DNA of 64,000 nt from Octopus vulgaris (Eukaryota), in contig OX597833.1 of NCBI GenBank assembly GCA_951406725.2, forward strand, positions 53,072,001 to 53,136,000, read 5' to 3'. Positions 13,546-26,099 of this stretch are shown piece by piece. Under the pieces are notes generated by a model. That model ran no database searches. It was not told where the DNA came from and saw only the letters and a program-made list of their open reading frames with translations. The translations under genes and the position numbers were made by a program. Position 1 is the first letter of the stretch; the number at the start of each line of letters is the position of its first letter.

Positions 13546-13825
13546 CGCTAAATAGCCTCTATATTGCTGTCTTAATTAAATCAACAAGGAAACTGATATA
13601 GCAAAATAGTGATCAATGCCATGCAGAGACAACTTCAATAACAACAACAAGTAAGTAAATATTTCCTTAACCCGTTAATGCGTCTCGTTAATGTCCTAAA
13701 CACTTCTTCTATGGAAGAAGTGTTTAGGACATTATCCGAACGATCCTTCCAAGAATAGTGGGCGGAGAAGATGGTCATATGCATGGATGAACGACAGGTA
13801 AGTGGTTGTATATTTAATATATACA

Positions 13826-14243
13826 GGGCGGCGAGCTGGCGGAATCGTTAGCACGCCGGGCGAAATGCTTAGCGGTATTTCGTCTGCCGTTACGTTGTGA
13901 GTTCATATTCCGCCGAGGTCGACTTTGCCTCTCATCCTTTCGGAGTCGATAAATTAAGTACCAGTTACGCACTGGGGTCGATATAATCGACTTAATACCT
14001 ATGTCTGTCCATGTTTGTCCCCTCTATGTTCAGCCCCTTGTGGGTAGTAAAGAAATAGGTATTTCGTCTGCTGTTACGTTCTGAGTTCAAATTCCGCCGA
14101 GATCGACTTTGCCTTTCATCCTTTCGGGGTCGATAAATTAAGTACCACTTACGCACTGGGGGTCGATGTAATCGACTTAATCCGTTTGTCTGTCCTTGTT
14201 TGTCCTCTCTGTGTTTAGCCCCTTGTGGGTAGTAAAGAAATAT
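13826..14243 (+). mobile_element. SINE family A dimer (head + 2 body/tail units) with 15-bp TSD
   Basis: GTATATTTAATATAT at 13808-13822 and 14244-14258. Confidence 0.9.
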
Positions 14244-14498
14244 GTATATTTAATATATGTAGCATTAAAAATTTAATTAAAAATAATTTTGCACAGACGA
14301 AAAATAAAAAATGATGTGAGGCGATGACTGATATTTTAATTTTTGTAATTCAGGCAGGCATAGGAGATGACTCTGGTCAAGTTCTAGTCCTACTCTGTGA
14401 GCTGGAGAGTCCAAAATAAGAATGAAACAGATGAAGTACGTATATGCTAATTTATGCAAATAGCATTACAATAATTACTCGCCATATCGCGGTTCACC

Positions 14499-14733
14499 TA
14501 TTTCTTTATTACCCACAAGGGGCTAAACACAGAGAGGACAAACAAGGAAAGAGACAAACGGATTAAGTCGATTACATCGACCCCAGTGCGTAACTGGTAC
14601 TTATTTAATCAGCCCCGAAAGGATGAAAGGGAAAGTGGACCTCGGCGGAATTTGAACTCTGAACGTAGCGGCAGACGAAATACTGCTAAGCATTTCGCCC
14701 GGCGTGCTAACGATTCTGCCAGCTCGCCACTTT
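14499..14733 (-). mobile_element. SINE family A with 15-bp TSD
   Basis: ATATCGCGGTTCACC at 14484-14498 and 14735-14749. Confidence 0.9.
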
Positions 14734-14980
14734 AATATCGCGGTTCACCAATCGCGCCCTCAGTTCATAGCGGATTTTTCTGGTTAATATATGTAAATAT
14801 ATATGTAAATTTAATAAATCAATAAATATAAATACAGTATAGTACTGCGAAAATATGTAATGTATCGTAGATGACCAAACAAAGAATCGCACATACTGTA
14901 TGGAAAACGAAACACGGGAAGCGACTGTGTGGTGTTGTCTAGCATTTATAATAAAATAAATAAATAAATATAATTATAAA

Positions 14981-15378
14981 ATGTGGCTGTGTGGTAAGTA
15001 GCTTGCTAACCAACCACATGGTTCCGGGTTCAATCCCACTGCGTGGCATCTTGGGCAAGTGTCTTCTGCTATAGCTCCGGGCCGACCAATGCCTTGTGAG
15101 TGGATTTGGTAGACGGAAACTGAAAGAAGCCTGTCGTATATATGTATATATATATATATGTATGTGTGTGTTTGTGTGTCTGTGTTTGTCCCCCTAGCAT
15201 TGCTTGACAACCGATGCTGGTGTGTTTACGTCCCCGTTACTTAGCGGTTCGGCAAAAAAGAGACCGATAGAATAAGTACTGGGCTTACAAAGAATAAGTC
15301 CCGGGGATCGATTTGATCGACTAAAGGCGGTGCTCCAGCATGGCCACAGTCAAATGACTGAAACAAGTAAAGAGTAAA
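14981..15378 (+). mobile_element. SINE family B
   Basis: Head slightly truncated; body and tail intact. Confidence 0.9.
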
Positions 15379-15659
15379 ATTATAAAAATAAAAAAATATA
15401 TAAATACAGTACAGTACTGTTTCCACTTCGCGGATTTTCACCTATTGCATTTGAAACCAGAATGTGAAAACTAACGAAATTTCGCAATGCATTTTGCCCG
15501 GAGTGCTTATGACTCTGCCTTGTCACCACCTTAAATCAAATGAAAATATTGATTTCAAAATTGTGTGTGTGTGTGTGTGTGTTGTGAAACCAATATCATT
15601 GTTTTCAAATTTTGGCACAAGGCCAGTAATTCTCAGGAGTAAGTTGATTACATTGACCC

Positions 15660-16298
15660 CAGAGCTCAAGTGAGAAGATAAAGAGCAAAGTCGACCTCGG
15701 TGGAATTTGAACTCAGAACGTAAAGACGGACGAAATACCAGTTTCTTTACTGCCCACAAGGGGCTAAACACAGAGGGGACAAACAAGGACAAACATAGGT
15801 ATTAAGTCGATTACATCGACCCCAGTGCGTAACTGGTACTTAATTTATCGACCCCGAAAGGATGAAAGGCAAAGTCGACCTCGGTGGAGTTTGAACTCAG
15901 AACGTAGCGCTAGACGAAATACCGCTAAGCATTTCATCCGGCGTGCTAACGATTCTGCCAGCTCGCCGCCTAACTTGGACAGACGAAATACCGCTAAGCA
16001 TTGTGCCAGCTCGCCTCTGCCAGCTCACCTCCTTACAACACATTAAATAATCGTTTCTATTATAGGCATAAGGCCTGAAATATGGGGTGAGGGGACTAGT
16101 CGATTACATCAACCCCCAGCGTTTCACTGGTACTTAATTTATGGGACAAGAACGCAAAACATCCAGGCAGTTAGATGATACAAAGGATGAATGACAAAGT
16201 CAGCCTCGGCGGAATTTGAACTCAGAACGTAGTGGCTGGCGAAATACCGCTTAGCATTTCGTTCAGCTTGTTAACGACTCTGCCAGATCACCACCTTA
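15660..16298 (-). mobile_element. Cluster of SINE family A copies and fragments
   Basis: Repeated core and head matches on the minus strand. Confidence 0.8.
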
Positions 16299-16369
16299 CA
16301 ATACATTAAACGATTTTCTCTCTATCGTTCTAACTTTAGTAAATGTACCGCCGAAGCAAGTTTGGAAAA

Positions 16370-16758
16370 TCTCTTTATATTTAAAGCTGAAGTTGTCTGT
16401 GTATGTCAGGTTTGGTAGCCTTCAACTAACACTATCTCCTCCGAGACCCTGCGGCGCAAGATGACCAAAACTGAGAGTATGATAGAAGAAAGCTTGCTCT
16501 TCCTTCCGTAGAAGAAAAAAAATCAAATCGGACCATGTTAACACCAAAAATTATTTACATCAAAAAGGTGCTTTTTTTCAATAAAAATCCCTATTTTTTG
16601 ACAGCTGTGTCGCCATTTTTCGGTGTATTTCAACCAGAAAAATGTTCACTTAAAGAGAATAACGAGCTACATAATGCACATTTTTTTCTTTTCAAAGATT
16701 CCAATTCTAAAGGGTCGAAAAGAAAACAAATCCGAGCAACGCTGGGCTATACTGCTAG
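16370..16758 (+). mobile_element. Non-autonomous Helitron (family 2)
   Basis: A|TC start, hairpin CCGAGCAACGCTGG, CTAG|T end; second copy at 57999-58400 (-). Confidence 0.85.
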
Positions 16759-16849
16759 TTAAATAATAAAGTTTATAATCTTTTGTCAGAATAATTCCGA
16801 TAAATAACTTTAATATACTCCCTGTCGCTGTTTACACGAGAAGCTGTAA

Positions 16850-17282
16850 GGCTAATGATAACGATGATGACGACGACAATGATGATGATGAGGGGGAGGA
16901 GAAATAAGAGCAAGAGGGAAGGAAAGGAGGGAAAGGAGCAATGAGAAGAGGAAGATGAGGAGGGCAACGGTGGTGGCAGCGTCGACGGCAGTGGTGGCGG
17001 CGTTGGCGGTGGAAGCGGCGAAGGCAGCAGAGACAGAGGTGGAGGAAACGGAAGGGGCTAAGGGGCGAGGGCAGAGGAGACGGTGGTGGTTGTGGTGGTG
17101 GCGTTGACAGTAGCGGTGGAGGCAGAGACGGTGGCGTCAGCGGCGGCGGAGGTAGCGGTGGTGGAGGTAGCGGTGGTGGAGGTAGCGGCGGCGGCAGATG
17201 CAGCGGCGGCGGCGGCGGTTGTGGTGGAGGCGTTGTCAGTAGTGGCGATGTTGATGATTGTGGCGGCTTTGGCGATGGTGGC
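16850..17282. repeat. Purine/G-rich degenerate trinucleotide tract (GAT, GGT, GGC)
   Basis: Read directly. Confidence 0.8.
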
Positions 17283-17654
17283 TTTCTCTTGAGCCTTGCT
17301 CGGTTGTAAGTGGCAAATGAAGAGGGGGGGGGACTGAAGCGTAGAGAGAAGCGAAAACTCTTCTCAGCGAGATAGGTAATGGTTTCACATGACGAAGGTG
17401 ATAGACACTAACGCCGCCTGGTAGTGGCGCGATAAAAAAAAAGAAAAAAGCTGACAACAATTACTTCCCTCTAACGATGCCAGAGTTTATTTGCCTTTCA
17501 TTAACACTGTTTACTTATCCGTTCATCGGAGCTCATTTTGTAAATCCGACAATTCCTGGGTTTCCCAAAGAATCCGTTTTAACGGAAACCACGTCTCTCA
17601 TGGCATTGCTTCGTAGAGGATAGGGTAACCACATCAATACAGACACATTCTGTG

Positions 17655-17683
17655 TAATGAGTGTGTGTGCGTGTATGTGTATG

Positions 17684-17716
<33 letters not shown>

Positions 17717-18590
17717 CAATGAGTGTGTGTGTGTGTGTCAATGAGTGTGTGTGTGTGTGTGTGTGTCGTGGATTAATGGCTGTGCATGTATTAATGGGTA
17801 ATATGTATGTCAATGTATGTGTGAGTGTGTGTGTGTATGTGTGTATATATGTATATGTGTCAATGAGTGTATGTATGTGTGTGTGTGTCGTGGATTAATG
17901 GCTGTGCATGTACTAATGGATTATATGTGTGTGTGAGTGTGTGTGTGTGTGTATGTGTGTATATATGTATATGTGCCAATGAGTGTGTATATGTGTGTGT
18001 GTGTGTATGTTTGTGTGTATGTGTGCGCATGTCAGTGTGTAAGTGTGTGTGTGTCTGTGGGTTTGTCATAGGTTTAATGGCTGTTAATGTGTGCTGTATG
18101 TGTGAGTCAATGTGTGTATGTGTGTGCACGTGTCAGTGTGTAAGTGTGTGTGTGTGTGTATCTACGTGTGTCAGTTGGTTTGTGTAGGTTTAATGGCTGT
18201 TAATGTGTGTTGTGTGTGTGAGTCAATGTGTGTGTGTATGTGTATGTGAGCGTATGTGTGTGCGTGTCAGTGTGTGTGTGTCTGTGTGCTTGTGTCTGTG
18301 GGTTTGTCATAGGTTAATGGCTGTTAATGTGTGTGTATGTGTGTCCCAGCGTGTGTGCATGTCATGGGTTAATGCTGTGCATATGTTAATGCGTGTTGTA
18401 TGTGTGTGCTAGTGTGTGTGTGTGTGTGTGTCAATGTGTGTGTTTGTGTGAGTAATGGATTAATGGCTGCGCATGTGTTAATTTGTATTGCATGTGTCAA
18501 TGTGTGTATGTGTATGTGTACCAGTGTATGTGTACCAGTGTATGTGCGTGTTTGCGCGCGCGCGTGCGTACGTCTGTGTATGCATCAACG
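17655..18590. repeat. Degenerate (TG)n minisatellite with recurring TTAATGGCTG word
   Basis: TTAATGGCTG(T/C) recurs about 6 times among TG runs. Confidence 0.8.
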
Positions 18591-18779
18591 TGTTTATTTA
18601 ATCAACGTGTTTATCAACGTACTTATTTAATCGACCCCGAAAAGATGAAAGGCAAAGTCGACCTCGGCGGAATTTGAACTTAGAACGTAACGGCAGACGA
18701 AATATCGCTAAACATTTCGCCCGGCGTGTTAACGCTTCTGCCAGCTCACAGCCTTTTTAGATGTATATATATTGGTATA

Positions 18780-19011
18780 CTCTTTACTCTTTTACTCTTT
18801 TATTTGTTTCAGTCATTTCACTGCGGCCATGCTGGAGCACCGCCTTTAGTCGAGCAAATCGACCCCGGGACTTATTCTTTGTAAGCCCAGTACTTATTCT
18901 ATCGGTCTCTTTTGCCGAACCGCTAAGTGACGGGGACGTAAACACACCAGCATCGGTTGTCAAGCAATGCTAGGGGGACAAACACAGACACACAAACACA
19001 CACACACACAT

Positions 19012-19044
<33 letters not shown>

Positions 19045-19237
19045 CATATATACGACAGGCTTCTTTCAGTTTCCGTCTACCAAATCCACTCACAAGGCAT
19101 TGGTCGGCCCGGGGCTATAGCAGAAGACACTTGCCCAAGATGCCACGCAGTGGGACTGAACCCGGAACCATGTGGCTGGTTAGCAAGCTACTTACCACAC
19201 AGCCACTCCTGCGCCTATAAGCCACTCCTGCGCCTAT
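18780..19237 (-). mobile_element. SINE family B, full length, 19-bp head duplication
   Basis: Full match; AGCCACTCCTGCGCCTAT occurs twice. Confidence 0.9.
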
Positions 19238-20123
19238 GAAATGAAAAAAAAAAGGAAAACGACTGTATATATTGATAAGCATTGCAAGAAACAGCTGGGT
19301 TTCTTTCTCTAATATTTTACATAGTTCAACCTACACAAGTTAATGTGTGAAAAACGAAATAGGAATTTTGAAATTTGGAAATTTCTATAAAATTAGTTTC
19401 TGAATGGCTAGTGGGGGGGGGGTCATAGATAAGAAATTATTGAGAACCCCTAGTTTTAATGAACTTCACCAGTAAAATACACACACGCATTAGTGTGTGC
19501 GTGCGCATGTGTACGTGATGCGATATTCCTGGGTGTTGATTGCGTTTTGTTTCGAGCCGTTCGACTTCCCAAGTGTATCCGCCTATCTGTAACTTCTTCT
19601 CACGCAGGACAATACACTTAAACTTTCTACTGTTCCTTAATAACCAGATAGCTAAAGTAAGCTTTATTTTTGACAGATTCTCTCGAGGTTTGTGGTAAAA
19701 TCTCAACTTATGTTCGAATACTAAGTAAAAACAAGATGGACGTATTTCCGACATTCCTACGAGGTTTCTTATTATAAACACTCCTAAAAAAACAGAAGCT
19801 ATATAAGGAATACTTTATTGTAAAAGGCTTAAAATAATATTGGTATTTATATTTATTTAGAGTAATGTATAACATAGTATTTATAGTTTATATACAGCGA
19901 CATTTTATATATTTTATGTGTTTTATACAGCCTATATTGTACACAAAAATGATGTTAAGCATTTTATCCGCTGCTTTAACGATTCTGCCAGCTCACTGCC
20001 TTAAATATTCTTTATAATCTCAGTAAGAGGCCAGCAGCTGTGAGGGGAGGGCGTAAGTCGATTATAGTAACACCTCGATATACAATTTAACTTGTTCCCC
20101 GAGATCGCTCGTAAAGCGAAAAC

Positions 20124-20265
20124 GGATCCTTTCGGTTTGAACGGCAGTTTTTTCCAGCGGGGTCATATGAAATTGTCACCCATAATTATGACCCTAGTAT
20201 CGATCTATTGCATTTCAATGTGGTTCGTAAGCAAGCTACCTACCACACAGCCACTCCTACGCCTT
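20124..20265 (+). mobile_element. Truncated Merlin-like MITE fused to a SINE B head fragment
   Basis: Left TIR plus ~95 bp, then an abrupt switch to SINE B head (-) at ~20220. Confidence 0.8.
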
Positions 20266-20526
20266 TAGAATTTCAATAAATGTCTTTTTATTCTGTAACT
20301 ATTGCGACTAGTATCATCATGAAGTCACTAAATTCAATAAATATATACATTCAATAAAGGTTTTCTACCGCCCCTTTTCTTTCCCCAGCCCGCTTTCAAT
20401 TTGAAAAACATTTTTGCGTCAATTGACGCATTCTGGTCTTTAAAGGTAGGTGAAAATCCCGGTCCTTCTAGTGTTAAAGTAATAGTTTAGCACCGATTCA
20501 TTCATGACTGAGTTAAGTTATAGTCA

Positions 20527-20588
<62 letters not shown>

Positions 20589-20640
20589 ATCCCTGTTGCC
20601 CGCTTTGGGATCTTTCTTTCCTCTCTCTTCCTTCTTTATG

Positions 20641-20674
20641 TTTCCGACGAAGAGCTCCGCTCGAAACGTCATAC
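20641..20674 (+). ncRNA. Minimal Penelope-type hammerhead-like motif (variant core CCGACGA)
   Basis: CCGACGA-A-GAGC-TCC-GCTC-GAAAC-GTC; stem I poor. Confidence 0.5.
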
Positions 20675-20763
20675 CTTCCTGCTTCCATTTCCTGAGCGCC
20701 TATTAATAATAATACTGTAATTGTTCCATTGTTGTTGTTTTTTTTGTTTTCCCGTTTGGATTA

Positions 20764-20880
<117 letters not shown>

Positions 20881-21511
20881 CTAGTTTCAGCTCACAAGCT
20901 GTGGCCATACTGGGGCACCGCCATTTGGTGTTGCTACATGATTTTACTTCACGAATGCTTTTTAGCAATTGCCATTTGGTACATCTTCCGTCACATTTTA
21001 AAAATATATTTTGGACGACATTTTCCAATATGTCCTTCCCTATTTATATGACGGAAGAGATTTCAGGAATTGTGCTTGCTATTTCTAGTTAATCGAGCAA
21101 CCACATTGAGGCTCATTTGTCGGTTACACTTCATATTAAAGTTCGCGAGACACAAGACCTATAAATATAAAATATGAGCCTCTATGGAGAAGATTGAGCT
21201 TATGAGAAGAAAAATCAGGCAAGCTAAACCCTACCTGCCGAGATGTCTAACACCGTAGCCTACCCCAAGAGCTAACCGTACTTCCCAAAATATAACTACA
21301 GAAGTTATTTTGAAATGACATAATTAAGGTTGGTATTTGTCTTTGTCTCCTGAGAGACTATATTGCTACAAGATCTCACAAAACTATTTCTGAATTCTAA
21401 ACAACTCTACTCTCTGGAGAGAATAGTTTTGTAGCGAAGAGATTTTGTTAGACTTCACTCGGGGATCTTGAACTTAATATATTTTTTTAATAGGTTTATT
21501 CTTACGAAGAC

Positions 21512-23258
21512 ATAACTGTTTAGATTTATGTTTAAACGCTTCTAAACACATAAATAATTACTTCTACGCTCATTAGTTTGACCATTAGCCATTCAGTAGT
21601 AAAATAACTGTTTAGATTTATGTTTAAACGCTTCTAAACACATAAATAATTACTTCTACGGTCATTAGTTTGACCATTAGCCATTCAGTAGTAAAATAAC
21701 TGTTTAGATTTATGTTTAAACGATTCTAAACACATAAATAATTACTTCTACGGTCATTAGTTTGACCATTAACCATTCAGTAGTAAAATAACTGTTTAGA
21801 TTTATGTTTAAACGCTTCTAAACACATAAATAATTACTTCTATGGTCATTAGTTTGACCATTAGCCATTCAGTAGTAAAATAACTGTTTAGATTTATGTT
21901 TAAACGCTTCTAAACACATAAATAATTACTTCTACGGTCATTAGTTTGACCATTAACCATTCAGTAGTAAAATAACTGTTTAGATTTATGTTTAAACGCT
22001 TCTAAACACATAAATAATTACTTCTACGGTCATTAGTTTGACCATTAACCATTCAGTAGTAAAATAACTGTTTAGATTTATGTTTAAACGATTCTAAACA
22101 CATAAATAATTACTTCTACGGTCATTAGTTTGACCATTAGCCATTCAGTAGTAAAATAACTGTCTAGATTTATGTTTAAACGCTTCTAAACACATAAATA
22201 ATTACTTCTACGGTCATTAGTTTGACCATTAGCCATTCAGTAGTAAAATAACTGTTTAGATTTATGTTTAAACGATTCTAAACACATAAATAATTACTTC
22301 TACGGTCATTAGTTTGACCATTAACCATTCAGTAGTAAAATAACTGTTTAGATTTATGTTTAAACGCTTCTAAACACATAAATAATTACTTCTATGGTCA
22401 TTAGTTTGACCATTAGCCATTCAGTAGTAAAATAACTGTTTAGATTTATGTTTAAACGCTTCTAAACACATAAATAATTACTTCTACGGTCATTAGTTTG
22501 ACCATTAACCATTCAGTAGTAAAATAACTGTTTAGATTTATGTTTAAACGCTTCTAAACACATAAATAATTACTTCTACGGTCATTAGTTTGACCATTAA
22601 CCATTCAGTAGTAAAATAACTGTTTAGATTTATGTTTAAACGATTCTAAACACATAAATAATTACTTCTACGGTCATTAGTTTGACCATTAGCCATTCAG
22701 TAGTAAAATAACTGTTTAGATTTATGTTTAAACGCTTCTAAACACATAAATAATTACTTCTACGGTCATTAGTTTGACCATTAGCCATTCAGTAGTAAAA
22801 TAACTGTTTAGATTTATGTTTAAACGCTTCTAAACACATAAATAGTTACTTCTACGGTCATTAGTTTGACCATTAGCCATTCAGTAGTAAAATAACTGTT
22901 TAGATTTATGTTTAAACGCTTCTAAACACATAAATAATTACTTCTACGGTCATTAGTTTGACCATTAGCCATTCAGTAGTTAAATTACTGTTTAGATTTA
23001 TGTTTAAACGCTTCTAAACACATAAATAGTTACTTCTACGGTCATTAGTTTGACCATTAGCCATTCAGTAGTAAAATAACTGTTTAGATTTATGTTTAAA
23101 CGCTTCTAAACACATAAATAATTACTTCTACGGTCATTAGTTTGACCATTAGCCATTCAGTAGTTAAATTACTGTTTAGATTTATGTTTAAACGCTTCTA
23201 AACACATAAATAGTTACTTCTACGGTCATTAGTTTGACCATTAGCCATTCAGTAGTAG
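21512..23258. repeat. Tandem satellite, 19 x 92 bp, near-identical units
   Basis: Units start at 21513+92k up to 23169; consensus TAACTGTTTAGATTTATGTTTAAACGCTTCTAAACACATAAATAATTACTTCTACGGTCATTAGTTTGACCATTAGCCATTCAGTAGTAAAA. Confidence 0.97.
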
Positions 23259-23285
23259 TAAATCTAGATTGCAATTTTGTGGGTT

Positions 23286-23357
23286 AATCTAATAGTATAG
23301 TTGTAAGTATCCTCACCTGTCACACGGGAGACCGGGGTACGATTCCACACAGGAGTA
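23286..23357 (+). pseudogene. tRNA-Asp(GTC) pseudogene
   Basis: TAGTATAGTTGTAAGTATCCTCACCTGTCACACGGGAGACCGGGGTACGATTCC is colinear with metazoan tRNA-Asp; acceptor, anticodon and T stems broken. Confidence 0.85.
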
Positions 23358-23359
23358 AA

Positions 23360-23532
23360 TGTGTGTTAAGTAGCTTGCTTACCAACCGCATGGGTCCGGG
23401 TTCAGTCCGGCAAGTGTCTTCTACTATACCCATGGGCCGACCGAAGCCTTGTGAGTGGATTTAGTAGACGGAAACTCAAAGAAGCCTGTTGTCGTATATA
23501 TAATATATATGTGTGTGTGTGTATGTGTGTGT

Positions 23533-23568
<36 letters not shown>

Positions 23569-23755
23569 GTGACAACCGGTGTTGGTGTGTTTACGTCTCC
23601 ATACATCAGTCCTTCGGCAAAAAGAGACCGATAGAATAAGTACTAGGCTTACAAAGAATTAGTCCTGGGGCCGATTTGCTCGACTAAAGGCGGTGCTCCA
23701 GCATGGCCGAAGTCAAATGACTGAAACAAATAAAAGAATAAAAGAATAAAAGAAT
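23360..23755 (+). mobile_element. SINE family B
   Basis: Body and tail match; head truncated. Confidence 0.85.
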
Positions 23756-23833
23756 ATATATATATATATATACGAGGAGGTGCTGAAAGTTTCTGGTTTG
23801 GGTAGTCCAATAACTGGAACAAGCACTTTTAGC

Positions 23834-23853
23834 TGATGGTGATGAGATGACGT

Positions 23854-23913
<60 letters not shown>

Positions 23914-23929
23914 CGACGATGATGATGAT

Positions 23930-23964
<35 letters not shown>

Positions 23965-23987
23965 TGATGATGATGATGATGACGATG

Positions 23988-24019
<32 letters not shown>

Positions 24020-24192
24020 GATGATGATGATGGTGATGGTGATGATGACGATGATGATGGTGATGATGATGCTGATGATGATGATGATGATGATGATGAT
24101 AATGATGATGATGTTGATGATGATGGTGATGATGATGATCATGATGATCATGATGATCATAATGATCATGATGATGATCATGATGATGATGT

Positions 24193-24223
<31 letters not shown>

Positions 24224-24305
24224 ATTGGTATTGTTGCTGTTGCTGTTACCATTGTTGTCGTCGTTGTTGTTACCGTAGGTGTTGCTGTCGTTATAGTCAT
24301 CGTTG
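23834..24305. repeat. (GAT)n then (GTT)n trinucleotide tract
   Basis: Read directly; poly-M and poly-I ORFs are artefacts. Confidence 0.95.
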
Positions 24306-24309
24306 GCAG

Positions 24310-25147
24310 AAGACAAGCCGCACAAGGTGCTGGGAAGAAAAAAAAGCGCTTCAAAGATACGCTCAAAGCCCCCGTTGAAGCGCTTTCAGATGAACCCCGA
24401 CACCCGGGAAATGCAGGCGCTCAGGGCTGCCCTGCCTGGCATAGCCGCACCAACAGAGGTGCCTACCTCCTATGAACAGTAGAGGATTGCAAAAGAACAG
24501 GAGCGCATAGAAAACGTGAGCTGCACAAATGTTGGCACCAACTCCGGATCTTTTCGGTTTGAACGGCAGTTCTTTCTAGCGGTGTCATATGAAATTGTCA
24601 CCCATAATTATGACCCTAGTATCGATCTATTGCATTTCAATCTGTTTTAGGGTTAGGGTTAGTTAGTATTAGGGGTGGGGGAAGGGTATCTTTTTTCTTC
24701 AGAAATGTAAATAAACCCAATCTGTTTCTTAAGCGAGTGACATATTCATACAGCACAGAATGCTTTTTAACTTAATAGACGTCACTGATTGGTTGAAATT
24801 GCAGAAATTGCAGAAATTGAAGAAAAGAAAACAACAAATATCTTAGAAACTATATAATTTTCTCAATAAAGCCAAGAGAAAAAGATGTTTTATAAACACA
24901 TTCTACCAGTATACGAAGTTTAAAAGTGTTTAGTTACCTAGAAATTATGTTAAAAACTGCTGTTCAAACCGAAAAGATCCCCAACTCCTTGCCTTTGTTC
25001 CCAGCAAAGCACCAGTGCCCAATTTGTCGCAGAACTTTTCGAGTTCGTATTGGCCTGACTGACCACAGCTTGACGCACCGTGTCCCATTTTCTCCCATGT
25101 GATGTCTGGGACATCGTCAACGACGACGGACGAACATTATTATTATT
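24310..25147 (+). pseudogene. RTE-clade LINE 3' end with C-terminal C2H2 finger, interrupted by a MITE
   Basis: KKRFKDTLKA at ~24342; HQCPICRRTFRVRIGLTDHSLTH at 25010-25078; 3' end GACGACGGACGAAC + (ATT)n. Confidence 0.85.
24546..24980 (+). mobile_element. Merlin-like MITE copy with perfect 8-bp TSD
   Basis: CCAACTCC at 24538-24545 and 24981-24988; both TIRs. Confidence 0.95.
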
Positions 25148-26099
25148 TTAATTGTGCTACTAATGGTTGTCCTATCAGTCGTAATAGCGTCAGCTTAGTT
25201 AGATAATCAGATAAATTAATTATATTACTCATCTCGTTACTTTCTTAATTAGCAATGTCGGTGGCCTGCGCAAGACACAAAGGAAAGCTGACTTAAAAGC
25301 TTTCTATCAACCCAGTCCCCTATTCCACTCCACCCCACCCTGCTCTGCCCTTCACCAGATTAAGGCAAATCGCTTCGTTTTATGTTAATGTTGCGAACAA
25401 GTAAGGATAAATATGCATACATATATACAGTTTTGTGCGTGTGCATGTATGTGTATTTATGTGTGTGTGAGTGTGTGTGTGTATGTGTGTATACAGAAAT
25501 ATATATATATATACACATATATATACATTACATGTGTCTTATGAATGTGTGTGCGTGCGTTTAGATAAACATATATACTTTTAAATAATGTAATATATAC
25601 ATATGTATGTATTTATGCATGCATATCTGTATATTACACGTGTGTCTGTGTGAATATATATGCATATATAAACATACATATGGATATATACGTGTGTGTG
25701 TGTGTATGTTTTTGTATTCGTGTTTTCGCGTCCTTTCATTTAAATTCAGTGTAAAATATATATATATAACAATCTTTAGCTAAGACTAAATTTCAAAATA
25801 TTAATTGCTGTCACACTTATCTAGACAACAACAGCATCGAAATAAAACAAAAAATAAACAACAACTAAACGGCACATCCTTTTGTTATAATTTATCAATG
25901 TTCTGCACAAGTAAATTTGGAGTTTCCTAAGTTTATATCAAGGAAAGTTTTCAGAAGTTTTCTCTTTTTATAAAGGTCTCCATTACTTAGCGAGATGTTA
26001 TCATATTTCTCGTTCTCCGTTTACTGTTTGATCAAACGCTACGTTGCCATTTGTCTCCCTTTCCCACAGCCGCCGCAACGTTTTATCTTTTTGGTTTGT

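Noticed and set aside
18957-19239. Recurrent peptides such as RQASFSFRLPNPLTRHW and [19 protein letters not shown]
   Set aside because: Antisense translations of SINE B and SINE A
21512-23258. Regular array resembling a CRISPR locus
   Set aside because: Units are near-identical along their whole length, with no unique spacers, no cas genes and a eukaryotic context
23684-24325. Poly-Ile/poly-Met ORFs (also poly-Tyr/Asn at 46745-47236)
   Set aside because: Trinucleotide repeats
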